Of a stretch of DNA of 64,000 nt, positions 29,000-38,518 are shown piece by piece. Each line of letters begins with the position of its first letter. The first letter of the stretch is position 1. Made by a program: the position numbers and the translations under genes. The stretch is from the NCBI GenBank assembly GCA_963787755.1, contig CAWBEG010000017.1, positions 362 to 64,361 on the forward strand, read 5' to 3'. The notes under the pieces were generated by a model that did not search any database, was not told the DNA's origin, and saw only the letters and a program-made list of their open reading frames with translations. The DNA comes from Vicinamibacterales bacterium. GTDB lineage: Bacteria; Acidobacteriota; Vicinamibacteria; Vicinamibacterales; JAMQPK01.

Positions 29000-29833
29000 C
29001 TATTGCGTCACAGGCTGTGGTTGCGAACGAACGGCGATCCACGGTCTCTGGCGCCCTTCCGCGGCTGCCGTGCCTTCGATGCGATCGGCAAACACCTCGC
29101 CTGAGTATTCGGTGTTGGCAGATGTCAGCGTGATCCGGGCGCCCCGGAGGCGTCCGGTTACCTGCTGCCCGTCGAGCGTACCTCGGACGAACTGATAGTC
29201 CTGACTCAGAGTCAATTGCGTACTGCCTGACTGCCACGTGCCCTCGACGCGCGCGGGCACGATGACCATGACCGCGGTACACCACGCCTTGCACGGTGCG
29301 CCGACGGTGTCAGTCGCATCCGGTTCCCAGTCGGTGATGGGAAACGTGTTGAGCACGATCCGGGTGCCCGGCCTCATCGCGAGAAATTTCGCCGTCATCC
29401 TGTCGAGCACCTCCGGCGTGAGGAACAGCGCGAGAACGGTTGCCTGCGACACATCTGCTGCGTACATGTCGCCCTGAACGAAGGTCGCTTTGTCGGACAC
29501 GTGAGCGTCCGCAGCGCGCTGTCGCGACAACGCTACGAGATCCGGGTTGTATTCCACGCCGAGCGCGCGTGCGCCACGCTTTGCGGCCGCGATGACATTG
29601 CGGCCATCTCCAGACCCAAGGTCCATCACGAAGTCGTTCGGCGCCACCGCGGCCATGTCCAGCATCTTCTCGACCAGTTCGGCGGGTGTCGGCACCCACA
29701 CGACATCCTTCCCAGGCTGACCGGGCTTCGGCGGGGCGACTGATTGAAAAGCTCCGGGTGACACGGCGGCGAGCAGACAGAGAACTATCGCGATTGCCAG
29801 TCCGGCGCGCTGCCTCCTTCGCCTGAAGATCAT
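29000..29833 (-). CDS. Class I SAM-dependent methyltransferase with N-terminal signal/anchor and an extra C-terminal domain
   Basis: MIFRRRRQRAGLAIAIVLCLLAAVSPGAF.. then VMDLGSGDGRNVIAAAKRGARALGVEYNPDL..FVQGDMY. It ends with a ~90-aa beta-rich tail. Confidence 0.75.
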   Translation of the reverse strand: MIFRRRRQRAGLAIAIVLCLLAAVSPGAFQSVAPPKPGQPGKDVVWVPTPAELVEKMLDMAAVAPNDFVMDLGSGDGRNVIAAAKRGARALGVEYNPDLVALSRQRAADAHVSDKATFVQGDMYAADVSQATVLALFLTPEVLDRMTAKFLAMRPGTRIVLNTFPITDWEPDATDTVGAPCKAWCTAVMVIVPARVEGTWQSGSTQLTLSQDYQFVRGTLDGQQVTGRLRGARITLTSANTEYSGEVFADRIEGTAAAEGRQRPWIAVRSQPQPVTQ

Positions 29834-29854
29834 TGGACTTCCGAGCCCCGTGAT

Positions 29855-32011
29855 CTATTTCGCCAGCGGATCGGGCCGCAACTGGAAATGCGCGGCCAGC
29901 GGCTTCGTGCCCTTGCCGCCTTCGATCAGCCACGGCGTGCGATCGCCGTTAGCGGCCCATAGTCCGCGTCCCTTCCAGCCAGCTTTCGGATCGTCGATGC
30001 GCCCGTCAAACCCCTTGGCGTAGAACCCGATTGGATAAGGCACGCGAAGAACAACCATCTGCCCGTTCGCGAACGCGATGATGCCGTCGTTCAAGTTGCC
30101 GGTTGACATGGGCACGTCGTTCCCCAAGCCGAACGTGTTGTGCTGGTCGACCCACGAGTAGTAGCTCGACTCGGCGCTGTTTTCGCCGATGCCTCTGAAG
30201 CCCGGGCCTGGATACTGATGGAACGACCACCCTTCAGGACAATGGTCGCCCGTGGCTTTTGGCCCATTGAGCGGCCCTTTGCACTTGCGCCGATCGAAGC
30301 TGCCCATGTGCCCGCTGCCGAGCGACACCCACACCACGCCCTTGCTGTCGATGTCGGCACCTCGCGCGCCGAAACCAGGCAGCGGCACGCGGTAGATCTC
30401 GGCCAGGGCGGTCTCTGGAGGATTCGATCCAGGCGCAAGTCTGACGATCGCTCCCGGCATGCCCTGTGTCGCTCCCCAGATAGATCCGTCAGCGGGGTTC
30501 GGCATCACGGCATAGAACGGCGAGTTGATTCGGGTGTCCTTCGTTGGATCGGCCGGCTGATCGGTTTCGACATACGCATCGCGTTTTCCGTTGCCGTTGG
30601 TGTCGACGACCAGCACCGTCCATCCTTGCGACTTCGCGGCGTCGCCTGTCTGGTCAAACATCTTTGTGTTCACCCAGCCCACGACCGGACCGCCTCCGCT
30701 CGTCCACAGCGTGTCGTTCGCGTCGTAGCCGAACTGCGGGTGGTGCGTCGAGAAGCAGGTTTCGACGAACGTGTATTTCTTCGTCTTCAGATCGAGCACG
30801 GCGACGTGGCGAACGGCGCGCTCCATCGGGAAGGCTTTGGCCGACGGGTGATCCGATCCCGCCTTGCAGAACGCCGGGTTGTCGGCGCCCCGCACTGAGG
30901 CAGCCAGCCACAGCCGCCCGTCGCGCCCGAACATCGAGTTGTGGTTGTTGACCCGCGTTTCCCAGATTCGCTCGCCACTCCAATAGGCCGACGTCTGCAG
31001 CGGATCGAGTCCTGCGGCGTGCCCGGGACCAAGATTGAGCGGCATGCTCGCATCGCGCACCGGCGCGACGAATGTGGTCGCGACGTTCTTCACGGGATCA
31101 AGAATCGGCAGTGTGTCGGAGCTGTACTCGGGCGAGCCGACGACCGGCCCGTAGGCGTTGACTGTCGGGTTGCGACGGTCGCTCGCGATGAGATCGTGCA
31201 GGTATTGCTTCTCGTTCATCCAGTCGCGCAGTGTGATGACGATGTTCCGTTCCACGCCCTGAGGCCGTGGCGGCTTGGCAAACGGCAGTTCGCCTGCGGC
31301 GATCCGATCTGTCCAGTCGCCGTAGTTGGCGAACGCTATCTCGCCCAGACCGTTCAACTGATTGAGCATCTGCTGGCCCGCCTGACCTGCCTGTACCCGC
31401 CGCCGCCACGCCTCTGCGGACGAAGCAAATTTGCCGAACACCTCGGGAATCGTTCGCGTCGACTCCTGGCCGAGCTGATGGCAGCCGATACAGCCGTTGT
31501 TTTTCATCGAGCTGATCCAATTCATCTGGGTCAGGCGCGCGGGGATGCTGCTCTTGCCGCCGAATTGATCGGCGGCGGGAATCTTGAGCATCGAGTACCA
31601 GTAGATCGCCGGGTAGTAATGCGCGGCCGCGGCCTCGCTCGGTGCGATGACCGCGGTGATGCCGAGGCGCTGGCCCGGCTTTGCCGTGACCTTGGTGCTA
31701 TCGACGAGGCCGTAGCCGCGCGCCCAGACCTGGTAGGTCGCTGGCGGGAGATCGGGCACGACGAAACGGCCCCTGTCGTCGGTCACCACGCTCTTGATGT
31801 AGCGGACCGGAAGATCACGGGTTTCCGCAATCACCCAGACGCCGGCTTCCGGACCTTTGGGTCCGGTCACGACACCGCCGATGTCGTCGTTGTCGATCGC
31901 AACGTCGCTCGCCGGTTGCTGCGCGGATGAGGACCCGAACGGCAGGAACGACGAGAGGGCGACAACGGTCATGAGACCAGTGACGAACGAGAGAGGCAGG
32001 TTCTTGATCAT
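29855..32011 (-). CDS. Secreted carboxypeptidase-regulatory-like domain protein with a CxxCH motif and beta-propeller-like body
   Basis: Signal peptide. GGVVTGPKGPEAGVWVIAETRDLPVRYIKSVVTDDRGRFVVPDLPPATYQVWARGYG (CarboxypepD_reg-like). ..SSMKNNGCIGCHQLG.. Intact 718 aa. Confidence 0.7.
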   Translation of the reverse strand: MIKNLPLSFVTGLMTVVALSSFLPFGSSSAQQPASDVAIDNDDIGGVVTGPKGPEAGVWVIAETRDLPVRYIKSVVTDDRGRFVVPDLPPATYQVWARGYGLVDSTKVTAKPGQRLGITAVIAPSEAAAAHYYPAIYWYSMLKIPAADQFGGKSSIPARLTQMNWISSMKNNGCIGCHQLGQESTRTIPEVFGKFASSAEAWRRRVQAGQAGQQMLNQLNGLGEIAFANYGDWTDRIAAGELPFAKPPRPQGVERNIVITLRDWMNEKQYLHDLIASDRRNPTVNAYGPVVGSPEYSSDTLPILDPVKNVATTFVAPVRDASMPLNLGPGHAAGLDPLQTSAYWSGERIWETRVNNHNSMFGRDGRLWLAASVRGADNPAFCKAGSDHPSAKAFPMERAVRHVAVLDLKTKKYTFVETCFSTHHPQFGYDANDTLWTSGGGPVVGWVNTKMFDQTGDAAKSQGWTVLVVDTNGNGKRDAYVETDQPADPTKDTRINSPFYAVMPNPADGSIWGATQGMPGAIVRLAPGSNPPETALAEIYRVPLPGFGARGADIDSKGVVWVSLGSGHMGSFDRRKCKGPLNGPKATGDHCPEGWSFHQYPGPGFRGIGENSAESSYYSWVDQHNTFGLGNDVPMSTGNLNDGIIAFANGQMVVLRVPYPIGFYAKGFDGRIDDPKAGWKGRGLWAANGDRTPWLIEGGKGTKPLAAHFQLRPDPLAK

Positions 32012-32032
32012 GATGCGCTCCGTGAGATCTGA

Positions 32033-33556
32033 TCAGGGTGCGACGCACGCGAAGTTTGCCGCTTCGTCGATGCTTCCAGTGCCCTTGTAGCGTGCGACTT
32101 GCGGATACGGACAGAGCGGACGCGTACGCGTCACCTTTCCCGCGGTGATCTTCGACGCTTCGATCCGCTGCGGCAGCGTCCCTTTGTCGACCCAGGAATC
32201 GAGCGGGCTCATCATGTCGAACGTGTCGGGTCCTTCTCCCCCGCTGCAGTGGCCCATTCCCGGCACCATGTAGAGACGCAACCACGAGGATCCTTTGGCG
32301 GGAGCCTTTGTCGCGGCGAGCGCGCGCGCGTAGAAGTTGACGCTCGCCTGCGGCGCGATGTTCTGATCGCTCCAGCCGTGATACGTGAGGAGTTTGCCGC
32401 CACGCTGCGCGAACGCCGTCAGGTTCGGATCGACGGCAGCCAGCGTGCCCTGGCCGGTTTTTTCGGCCGCGGCGAGATCCCGTTCGAGGTCGAACGTCCG
32501 CCAGTCCCACTTCGGATCCTTGTACACGATGTACTTGAACTGTTCGACCGCGTTCGCGTACGGGTCCGGCCCGCTGAGCATGCGCGACCATCCCAGCTCG
32601 GTGCCCGGCTCGAAGCCGGGGAAGATCAACTCGCCGGTCTGACGATTTTTCACTGGGCTCATCACAACCTTCGCGGTTTCCAGCTGCGCGGCGGTCAGAC
32701 AAGTCGGGCCGTCGGCGCCACGGCACGCGAGGACGGCCGGGTCAAAGCGGCAGCGCGTCGGATTCTCGATGAGACCGTCCTCGACACCGTCGAGCTTGTC
32801 ACACGCATTGAGCACGGCCTGATGGATGACGCGATGTTTCTCCTCAGGGATGAAGCTCGCCTTATCCTTCAGCATTGCCTGCGTCATCCAGATGCGCCAG
32901 GCGTCGAGGCCGGACTTCGGATTGGCGGCGGCGCCGGCGACGATGCCGTCGAAGTCGTTGGGGAAGCGTTGTGCTGCAGTCAGGGCTTGCCGTCCGCCGG
33001 TCGAGCATCCATTGAAATACGAACGCGTCGCGTCCGTGCCATAGAAGGCGGTGGCGATCGCCTTGCTCTTCACGGTCATCTCGTGCACTGCCCGATAGGC
33101 GTAATCGACGAGCTTCTCAGGATGGCCGAGGGCGAAGCTCGCGTTCCCTCCCGTGTGTCCCGTGTCCGTGGAGCTGGTTGCGTATCCGTCGCGGAGCGCT
33201 CGAGCCATCGCGCCGTACGTGATCGAGCCGGCCCACCCGCCGTTTCCAACCGCCTGGTATTTGCCGTTCCACCCGGACGCTGGGAGCCACACTTCGACTT
33301 TGATGTCGGAATCGGATGTCGGCGTGATCGTTGCGGCCACGCGGCAGAAGGCGGGGAGCGTGCTGTATGCCTGTCCGCCGCCTCCGCCTGTCGGCGGGGA
33401 GAATGCGCCTGCTGCGACCGACTGCGCCATCGTGATTGTGGTGTCGGGCAGCTTCAGCGCCGACAGGCTCTCACACGAGCCTGCGGCAGCCGGTGCCTCG
33501 CTCGAAACCCAAAGAGTCACGCACACAGTCAACAGCGTGATCGTCACCGGCTTCAT
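32033..33556 (-). CDS. Tannase/feruloyl esterase family alpha/beta hydrolase, secreted
   Basis: ATG 33556 is preceded by GGAGGAG. MKPVTITLLTVCVTLWVSSEAPAAA; CESLSALKLPDTTI..IKVEVWLPASGWNGKYQAVGNGGWAGS..YFNGCSTGGRQALTAAQRFPNDFDGIVAGAAA..PGMGHCSGGEGP. Confidence 0.85.
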   Translation of the reverse strand: MKPVTITLLTVCVTLWVSSEAPAAAGSCESLSALKLPDTTITMAQSVAAGAFSPPTGGGGGQAYSTLPAFCRVAATITPTSDSDIKVEVWLPASGWNGKYQAVGNGGWAGSITYGAMARALRDGYATSSTDTGHTGGNASFALGHPEKLVDYAYRAVHEMTVKSKAIATAFYGTDATRSYFNGCSTGGRQALTAAQRFPNDFDGIVAGAAANPKSGLDAWRIWMTQAMLKDKASFIPEEKHRVIHQAVLNACDKLDGVEDGLIENPTRCRFDPAVLACRGADGPTCLTAAQLETAKVVMSPVKNRQTGELIFPGFEPGTELGWSRMLSGPDPYANAVEQFKYIVYKDPKWDWRTFDLERDLAAAEKTGQGTLAAVDPNLTAFAQRGGKLLTYHGWSDQNIAPQASVNFYARALAATKAPAKGSSWLRLYMVPGMGHCSGGEGPDTFDMMSPLDSWVDKGTLPQRIEASKITAGKVTRTRPLCPYPQVARYKGTGSIDEAANFACVAP

Positions 33557-33588
33557 GGGATCTCCTCCGCGTGCATGATACAGGGGGT

Positions 33589-35817
33589 TCACCGGATCAG
33601 CCGCTCCAGATCGGCGGCCATCCCCTCGAGCAATGTGGTTTCACGCGTCAGCGCCTCGGCCACGCGCGACACTTCTCGTTCCACTTCCCCGTACCGCTTG
33701 TCTTCAATGGCCTCCCGCACACCCGGCATCGTCTTCACGCCGTACCCGGTGTAGTAGCCGGGCGCGTAGAGAAGATGCCGGTACCAGTTGCGTCGCGGCA
33801 ATCCCTGCTCGTCGATGAACTGCCGCTCGCTCTGGATCAGCCGGGCATTGAGCGCCTGAAGCTGCGCGGTGTCGGTGACAACCTGCTGGCGGGCAGCAGC
33901 CACGGCCTTGTGATACCGGTCGGCCGCGCGCGTGAGCGCCGACGCGGCGTTCTCGAGCGGCGCGAAGTTGAGCGCCGGGGGCACCTCTTCCAGAGAGGGA
34001 ATCGGACGCGGCCGCTTAGAGTCGCGCACGGCGGCAAACACGCCATCGGTCACCTGACGATTCCGCTCCTGCACCTCGTCCTGCCGCTGCTTGAGGAGCG
34101 CCTGCACTTCGCGCACGTAGGTCTGCACCGTATCGGCAAGACCGGTGAACTCGTAGGGCAGGATGTCGGCGTCGGCAAGGCGCAGCGTCGCCGTGCCGAC
34201 AAACTGCGCGAGCGCCCGGCCGTAGAGGAAACCGGGATCGGAGAACTTCGTAAAGTGATAGAAGTCGTCGTAGATGGAGTGATAGATCCCGTCGTTGTCA
34301 AACCCATCGAAGGACAGGTTCAACGAGGCGACGCCGTGATGCTGGAGAAACGGCGTGTAGTCGGACCCGGATCCGAGCGCGCCAATCCGCAGATTGGCCC
34401 TCGAGCGGCTTTCGGCGCGACGGTCCGCCGGGCCGTCGGCAATGCGGCGTGCCTTCCAGCGCGCCCAGACCGTGCCTTTTGTTTCCGGATCTTCGATGCT
34501 GCGTGCCACGTCGTTGACGAACTGCTCGAGCGTGTGCGATCCCGATGCCTGGAGAAACCCACGACTGTTGCCGTCGCTGTTGATGTAGACCACCGCCTTG
34601 CGGCGCAGCTCTTCGTGATGCTGTTCGACGTACTCGGTCGATCCGATCAGCCCTGGCTCTTCACCGTCCCAGGCCGTGTAAACAATCGTCCGCTTCGGAC
34701 GCCATCCCTCCTTCACGAGCTGTCCGAGCGCCCTGGCCTCCTCGAGTTCCGGGGCCATGCCGCTGACCGGATCGGCCGTGCCGTTCACCCACGCGTCGTG
34801 ATGGTTGCCTCGCACAATCCACTCGTCGGGAAACGTAGAGCCAGTAAGCGTCGCAACGACGTTGTAGAGCGGTTTCGTGTCCCAGTTGAACGTTACTTTC
34901 AAATGCACCTGCGCCGGGCCCGGACCCAGGCGATACGAGATCGGCAGAGCGCCCCGCCAGGCCGCGGGTGCTATCGGCCCACTCATCGCCGCGAGTAGTG
35001 GCTGCGCATCACCGTAGGAAATGGGCAGGACTGGTATCTTCGTGATGGTGACCGCCTCGCTGATCGAGAGTCGCTTCGCTCCAGGCACAGCCGCGACACC
35101 TGGAGTGAGCGGATCGCCCGCGTAGGTCGGCAGATCGATGACGCTTCCGCGCTGGACGCCATCCTTGTTGCGCATGGGGCCGTCGGGAAACACCGCGTCC
35201 GCGTAATACCCGTCATCTCTCGGATCGGAGAAGATCAGGCAGCCGATGGCGCCGTGCTCTGCGGCGATCTTCGGCTTCGTCCCGCGGAAAGACCCGCCGT
35301 ACCGCGCGATGACGATGGCGCCTCGGACCGAGATGCCGAGCGCATCAAGCTCGTCGTAGTCTTCGGGGCGGCCGTAGTTCACATAGACCAGCGGCGCCGT
35401 GACATCGCCATCGATGGAGTACGCGTTGTAGGTCGGGAGCTGCTCGTCCCTCTGGAGCGAGGTCGGATCGACGGCAATCGCCGGTTCTTCGAGTTTTGCC
35501 CTGAACTTTGTTGGCGCGGTCATCTCGAGCAGTCGTTCTCTCGGCGTCGGGAAGAGCACGTCGTAGATCTCGATGCGCGCCTCCCAGCCCCATTCGCGGA
35601 ACCGGGCGAGCATCCACTCGGCGTTGTCCTTCGTGTAAGGCGCACCGACGTGATGGGGACGCGCGCTGAGCCGCTCCATGTAGCGGCCGATCGCGGCGGC
35701 ATCTGGGATTGCGCGGTAACGTTCTTCCAGACTCGGCGCGCCCTGCGCCTGCATCCGCCACGATCCGGCGAGCGCCATTCCAGCCACAACCAGGGCGAGC
35801 ATGTTCCGCATCGACAC
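33589..35817 (-). CDS. M28-family peptidase with PA and transferrin-receptor-like dimerisation domains (glutamate carboxypeptidase II-like)
   Basis: Signal peptide. ..RPHHVGAPYTKDNAEWMLARFREWGWEARIE..LVYVNYGRPEDYDEL..GAIVIARYGG..RGNHHDAW..TAWDGEEPGLIGSTEYV..GSGSDYTPFLQHHGVASL..YHSIYD.. Intact 742 aa. Confidence 0.85.
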   Translation of the reverse strand: MSMRNMLALVVAGMALAGSWRMQAQGAPSLEERYRAIPDAAAIGRYMERLSARPHHVGAPYTKDNAEWMLARFREWGWEARIEIYDVLFPTPRERLLEMTAPTKFRAKLEEPAIAVDPTSLQRDEQLPTYNAYSIDGDVTAPLVYVNYGRPEDYDELDALGISVRGAIVIARYGGSFRGTKPKIAAEHGAIGCLIFSDPRDDGYYADAVFPDGPMRNKDGVQRGSVIDLPTYAGDPLTPGVAAVPGAKRLSISEAVTITKIPVLPISYGDAQPLLAAMSGPIAPAAWRGALPISYRLGPGPAQVHLKVTFNWDTKPLYNVVATLTGSTFPDEWIVRGNHHDAWVNGTADPVSGMAPELEEARALGQLVKEGWRPKRTIVYTAWDGEEPGLIGSTEYVEQHHEELRRKAVVYINSDGNSRGFLQASGSHTLEQFVNDVARSIEDPETKGTVWARWKARRIADGPADRRAESRSRANLRIGALGSGSDYTPFLQHHGVASLNLSFDGFDNDGIYHSIYDDFYHFTKFSDPGFLYGRALAQFVGTATLRLADADILPYEFTGLADTVQTYVREVQALLKQRQDEVQERNRQVTDGVFAAVRDSKRPRPIPSLEEVPPALNFAPLENAASALTRAADRYHKAVAAARQQVVTDTAQLQALNARLIQSERQFIDEQGLPRRNWYRHLLYAPGYYTGYGVKTMPGVREAIEDKRYGEVEREVSRVAEALTRETTLLEGMAADLERLIR

Positions 35818-35857
35818 TCCTAGTGCGAGGTTCCCGAGAGCGCTCCCCGCAGCGCGA

Positions 35858-36832
35858 TCAGGGCGTTGGGGGTACTTCGTAGAAGGTATAGCGATAGGTC
35901 CACGTCTCCTGCTTGCCCGGAGGAATCTCGAGGCTGATATACGCCTCCGGGCAGACCGTGGGTCGAATGGACCAGAAAATCATCTTGTGGATCGGCCTGT
36001 CTCCCTGGATGCGGACACCCGCTCCGGCTTTCCGGTTCTCGACCCGGAAGTCGTAGTCCGCAGCCGTCGGCCCGAAACCCTCGAACTCGGAAAACACGCT
36101 GGGTCCCTTCGGCAGCTCCGCAGTGTAGACGAGCTTGCCGTCGCGCACTTCCGCGAAGTTCGAGCTCAGCGGCGGCTTCGGCTTGAGCGCAAACGGAAAC
36201 GTCACACTCGTGTCTGGACCGGTCGGCTCGCCCATGACGAAGAAGTTGTGATTGTACTGGTGCGTCGCGATCGCCTTCCTGCCGGTGTTCCTGAGGACGT
36301 GCTCGATGAGCATCTCCGGCTTCCCTCCGACCAGCCGGATCGTCTTCGTGTACCTGTAGGCATACCCCAGATCGCTTTTCAGCTCGTGGACAAACTCGAT
36401 GCGATCCCTTGCAGGCCGGACCGTCCAGCGCCCGGGATCGACGATGTCGTACGTCCGGAAACGCTCATACGCGCGATCCTCCGGCTTGCGGAGGATGCCG
36501 ACGCCGATCCGCACGAAGGTGCCGCCGACCGGCGCCTCCTGATACCCGAGGCTGGTATCGCCTGTCAGGAACTCCTCGACCGGTCCCATGATGGCGTCGT
36601 GGATCTTCGGGTCGTACTTGTCGAACCACTGACCGAAATATTCGCGACCGCCCACGCGCAGGCTGGCGATCTGCCCCGACCAGTCGAATCGGGTCCCGCG
36701 GTAGTAGCCGCTCTGAGCATCGGGCAGATAGAGCCTGGCCGTGACCGTGCCGTTGGAAATCTCCGCCTCCGGAAATTCCGTGGCGGACAGGAGCACGGCG
36801 GACGCGGCGAGCGCGAGCAACAGGGTTCGCAT
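35858..36832 (-). CDS. Secreted conserved hypothetical protein
   Basis: ATG 36832: MRTLLLALAASAVLLSATEFPEA.., beta-rich. No catalytic motif recognised. Intact. Confidence 0.55.
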   Translation of the reverse strand: MRTLLLALAASAVLLSATEFPEAEISNGTVTARLYLPDAQSGYYRGTRFDWSGQIASLRVGGREYFGQWFDKYDPKIHDAIMGPVEEFLTGDTSLGYQEAPVGGTFVRIGVGILRKPEDRAYERFRTYDIVDPGRWTVRPARDRIEFVHELKSDLGYAYRYTKTIRLVGGKPEMLIEHVLRNTGRKAIATHQYNHNFFVMGEPTGPDTSVTFPFALKPKPPLSSNFAEVRDGKLVYTAELPKGPSVFSEFEGFGPTAADYDFRVENRKAGAGVRIQGDRPIHKMIFWSIRPTVCPEAYISLEIPPGKQETWTYRYTFYEVPPTP

Positions 36833-36853
36833 GGCTGTGCTCAAATTACCACG

Positions 36854-37423
36854 TCACTTCGTCGGTTCAGGTGCGCCTTCTTCCTCCGTCACGAACACTT
36901 CCGCGATGATGCTGACGCGCGCCTCCCACCAATGGCCGCCCTTCACAGTGCCATCTGAGAGCGCGACCGTTCCATGCGCGTGCACGTTGGACTGCCCCTG
37001 AGCATTTACAGAGATGCTGCCCATGAGTGACACGATCTCCGCTTCCTCGTTGAGCTCGATCTTCTTCTGGCCGATCCCGCGCTCAACGTCCGTCCAACCG
37101 AAGAGACCCTTGTTGATTGCGCCGAGCGCAGTGAAATGGCCATTTCTGATGTGGTACTTCTCAGCGAACTCGGTGAGGCCCGAGAGCATTTCGTCGCCTT
37201 TGGTCATGTTGACGCGGTAGGTTCTGGCGCTCTTCCCGAGGTCCGTCACTTTTAATCCTGGAGCGAGTCCCTTTCCCGGGCGCGTCCCACGCGGAACATA
37301 TCCTTCAGGCGTTGGTGATTGCCCTGTCGGTTGTTGGGCGGTCACTGTCGGTCCGCCGCCGAGCGTGAGTCCGCAGACAGTCAAGACAGACAGGACACCG
37401 ACGATTCTGGATCGACCACTCAT
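36854..37423 (-). CDS. PPC (DUF296) domain protein with signal peptide
   Basis: ATG 37423 with GAGG upstream. MSGRSRIVGVLSVLTVCGLTLGG.. then ..GHFTALGAINKGLFGW..EIVSLMGSISVNAQGQSNVHAHGTVALSDGTVKGGHWWEARV. Confidence 0.7.
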   Translation of the reverse strand: MSGRSRIVGVLSVLTVCGLTLGGGPTVTAQQPTGQSPTPEGYVPRGTRPGKGLAPGLKVTDLGKSARTYRVNMTKGDEMLSGLTEFAEKYHIRNGHFTALGAINKGLFGWTDVERGIGQKKIELNEEAEIVSLMGSISVNAQGQSNVHAHGTVALSDGTVKGGHWWEARVSIIAEVFVTEEEGAPEPTK

Positions 37424-37479
37424 GGTGTACCTCGCCCGCACACTATCGTGGGAGCGCTCCGCGGTGTCAAGCATGCTGC

Positions 37480-38436
37480 CTACGTCTTCATTTGCCGCGC
37501 GATAAATGCCTTGACCATCTCACGAGCGCGGTCTGTCTGCGGCCCTGGTTGAGCCACCCACTCGTGCACGCAGCCCTCGAAGAGCTCAAATTGGCAGTTG
37601 CCGCCGGCGGCCTTGTAGGTCGAGGCGAATTTCTCCTGCACGATCGGCAGCACGTTGTCGTCGAGCGCTCCCTGCATGATCAGCATCGGCACTAGCGTCA
37701 CTGCCTCGTGGCGCTCGAGAATCTCCTGCGGATTGCTCTCGTGGATGGTCTCCCACGGCTTGAAGAACGTGGTGTGATTGGCGATCATGGGGGCTCGTTT
37801 CAGTTTTTCTGCATTCTGGAAGCGCGCGAACGGATCGCTGATCGGGGAACGCATCGCGACGTACGCCACTCTGGCGTCGACGTTCCGCGCCTCGGGCAGA
37901 GAAATCGCGTTGTAGCGCGCATCGCCAGGGCGCATGGCCAGGAGCTCGGCCACATGGCCGCCGCTCGAGCTCCCGTAGATGCCGATCTTCGAAGGGTCGC
38001 CGTTCCAGGAGGCCGCCTTCGATTTGAGCCACCGCACGGCGTAATTGGCGTCTTGAACGCACGCCGGATAGGGCGCCTCTGGTGCCAGCGTCATGTCGAT
38101 CGCCACCACGAGGACGCCGCTCGCGGCCAGTGATCGATCCATAGGTTCTTCTGCGTGGCGGTCCTTGGCGTTCCAGGCACCACCATGCAAATCGAGGACG
38201 GTCGGGAACGGGCCGGCCCCGTTTGGTCGATAGATTCGGGCCATCAGCATCCGTCCGGCCTGATTGCGGCGCAGCTCGACCTCGCTCACCGTAATCTCTA
38301 ATCTGGCTGCGGGATCGTAGGCGATCGCTCGCGCTGCGGCATCCGCCGGGGCGGCGGAACCAAACCCTCGCACGGCCGCGCCGAGGGCCGTCATCTGGAG
38401 AAGAAAGTCCCGACGGTCGAGAAGGTGCTTCTGCAT
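37480..38436 (-). CDS. Alpha/beta hydrolase fold-3 esterase/lipase with twin-arginine signal
   Basis: ATG 38436: MQKHLLDRRDFLLQMTALGAAVRGFGSA; ..VLDLHGGAWNAKDR..IGIYGSSSGGHVAELLA.. The ORF N-terminus beyond 38436 is unlikely to be coding. Confidence 0.8.
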   Translation of the reverse strand: MQKHLLDRRDFLLQMTALGAAVRGFGSAAPADAAARAIAYDPAARLEITVSEVELRRNQAGRMLMARIYRPNGAGPFPTVLDLHGGAWNAKDRHAEEPMDRSLAASGVLVVAIDMTLAPEAPYPACVQDANYAVRWLKSKAASWNGDPSKIGIYGSSSGGHVAELLAMRPGDARYNAISLPEARNVDARVAYVAMRSPISDPFARFQNAEKLKRAPMIANHTTFFKPWETIHESNPQEILERHEAVTLVPMLIMQGALDDNVLPIVQEKFASTYKAAGGNCQFELFEGCVHEWVAQPGPQTDRAREMVKAFIARQMKT

Positions 38437-38518
38437 GCGCACACTATGGGACATCGCCCCGTGTAACGGCAAGTGGCAATCTGAATCGGGTATAGTGGGC
38501 ACTTCCTCAGGAGGTGTC

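Noticed and set aside
28985-29011. 7-bp inverted repeat GTGACGC..GCGTCAC between the convergent cytochrome c and methyltransferase genes, as a bidirectional terminator
   Set aside because: The stem is short, the loop is 13 nt, there is no U-tract, and it partly overlaps the methyltransferase stop codon. This is too weak to call.
32099-33754. 551-aa plus-strand ORF opposite the tannase-family gene
   Set aside because: Antisense shadow ORF. The same applies to 33571..34998, 35801..36958, 30941..31930, 20192..21328, 21072..22595, 53570..54490, 54858..55799 and 56532..57638.
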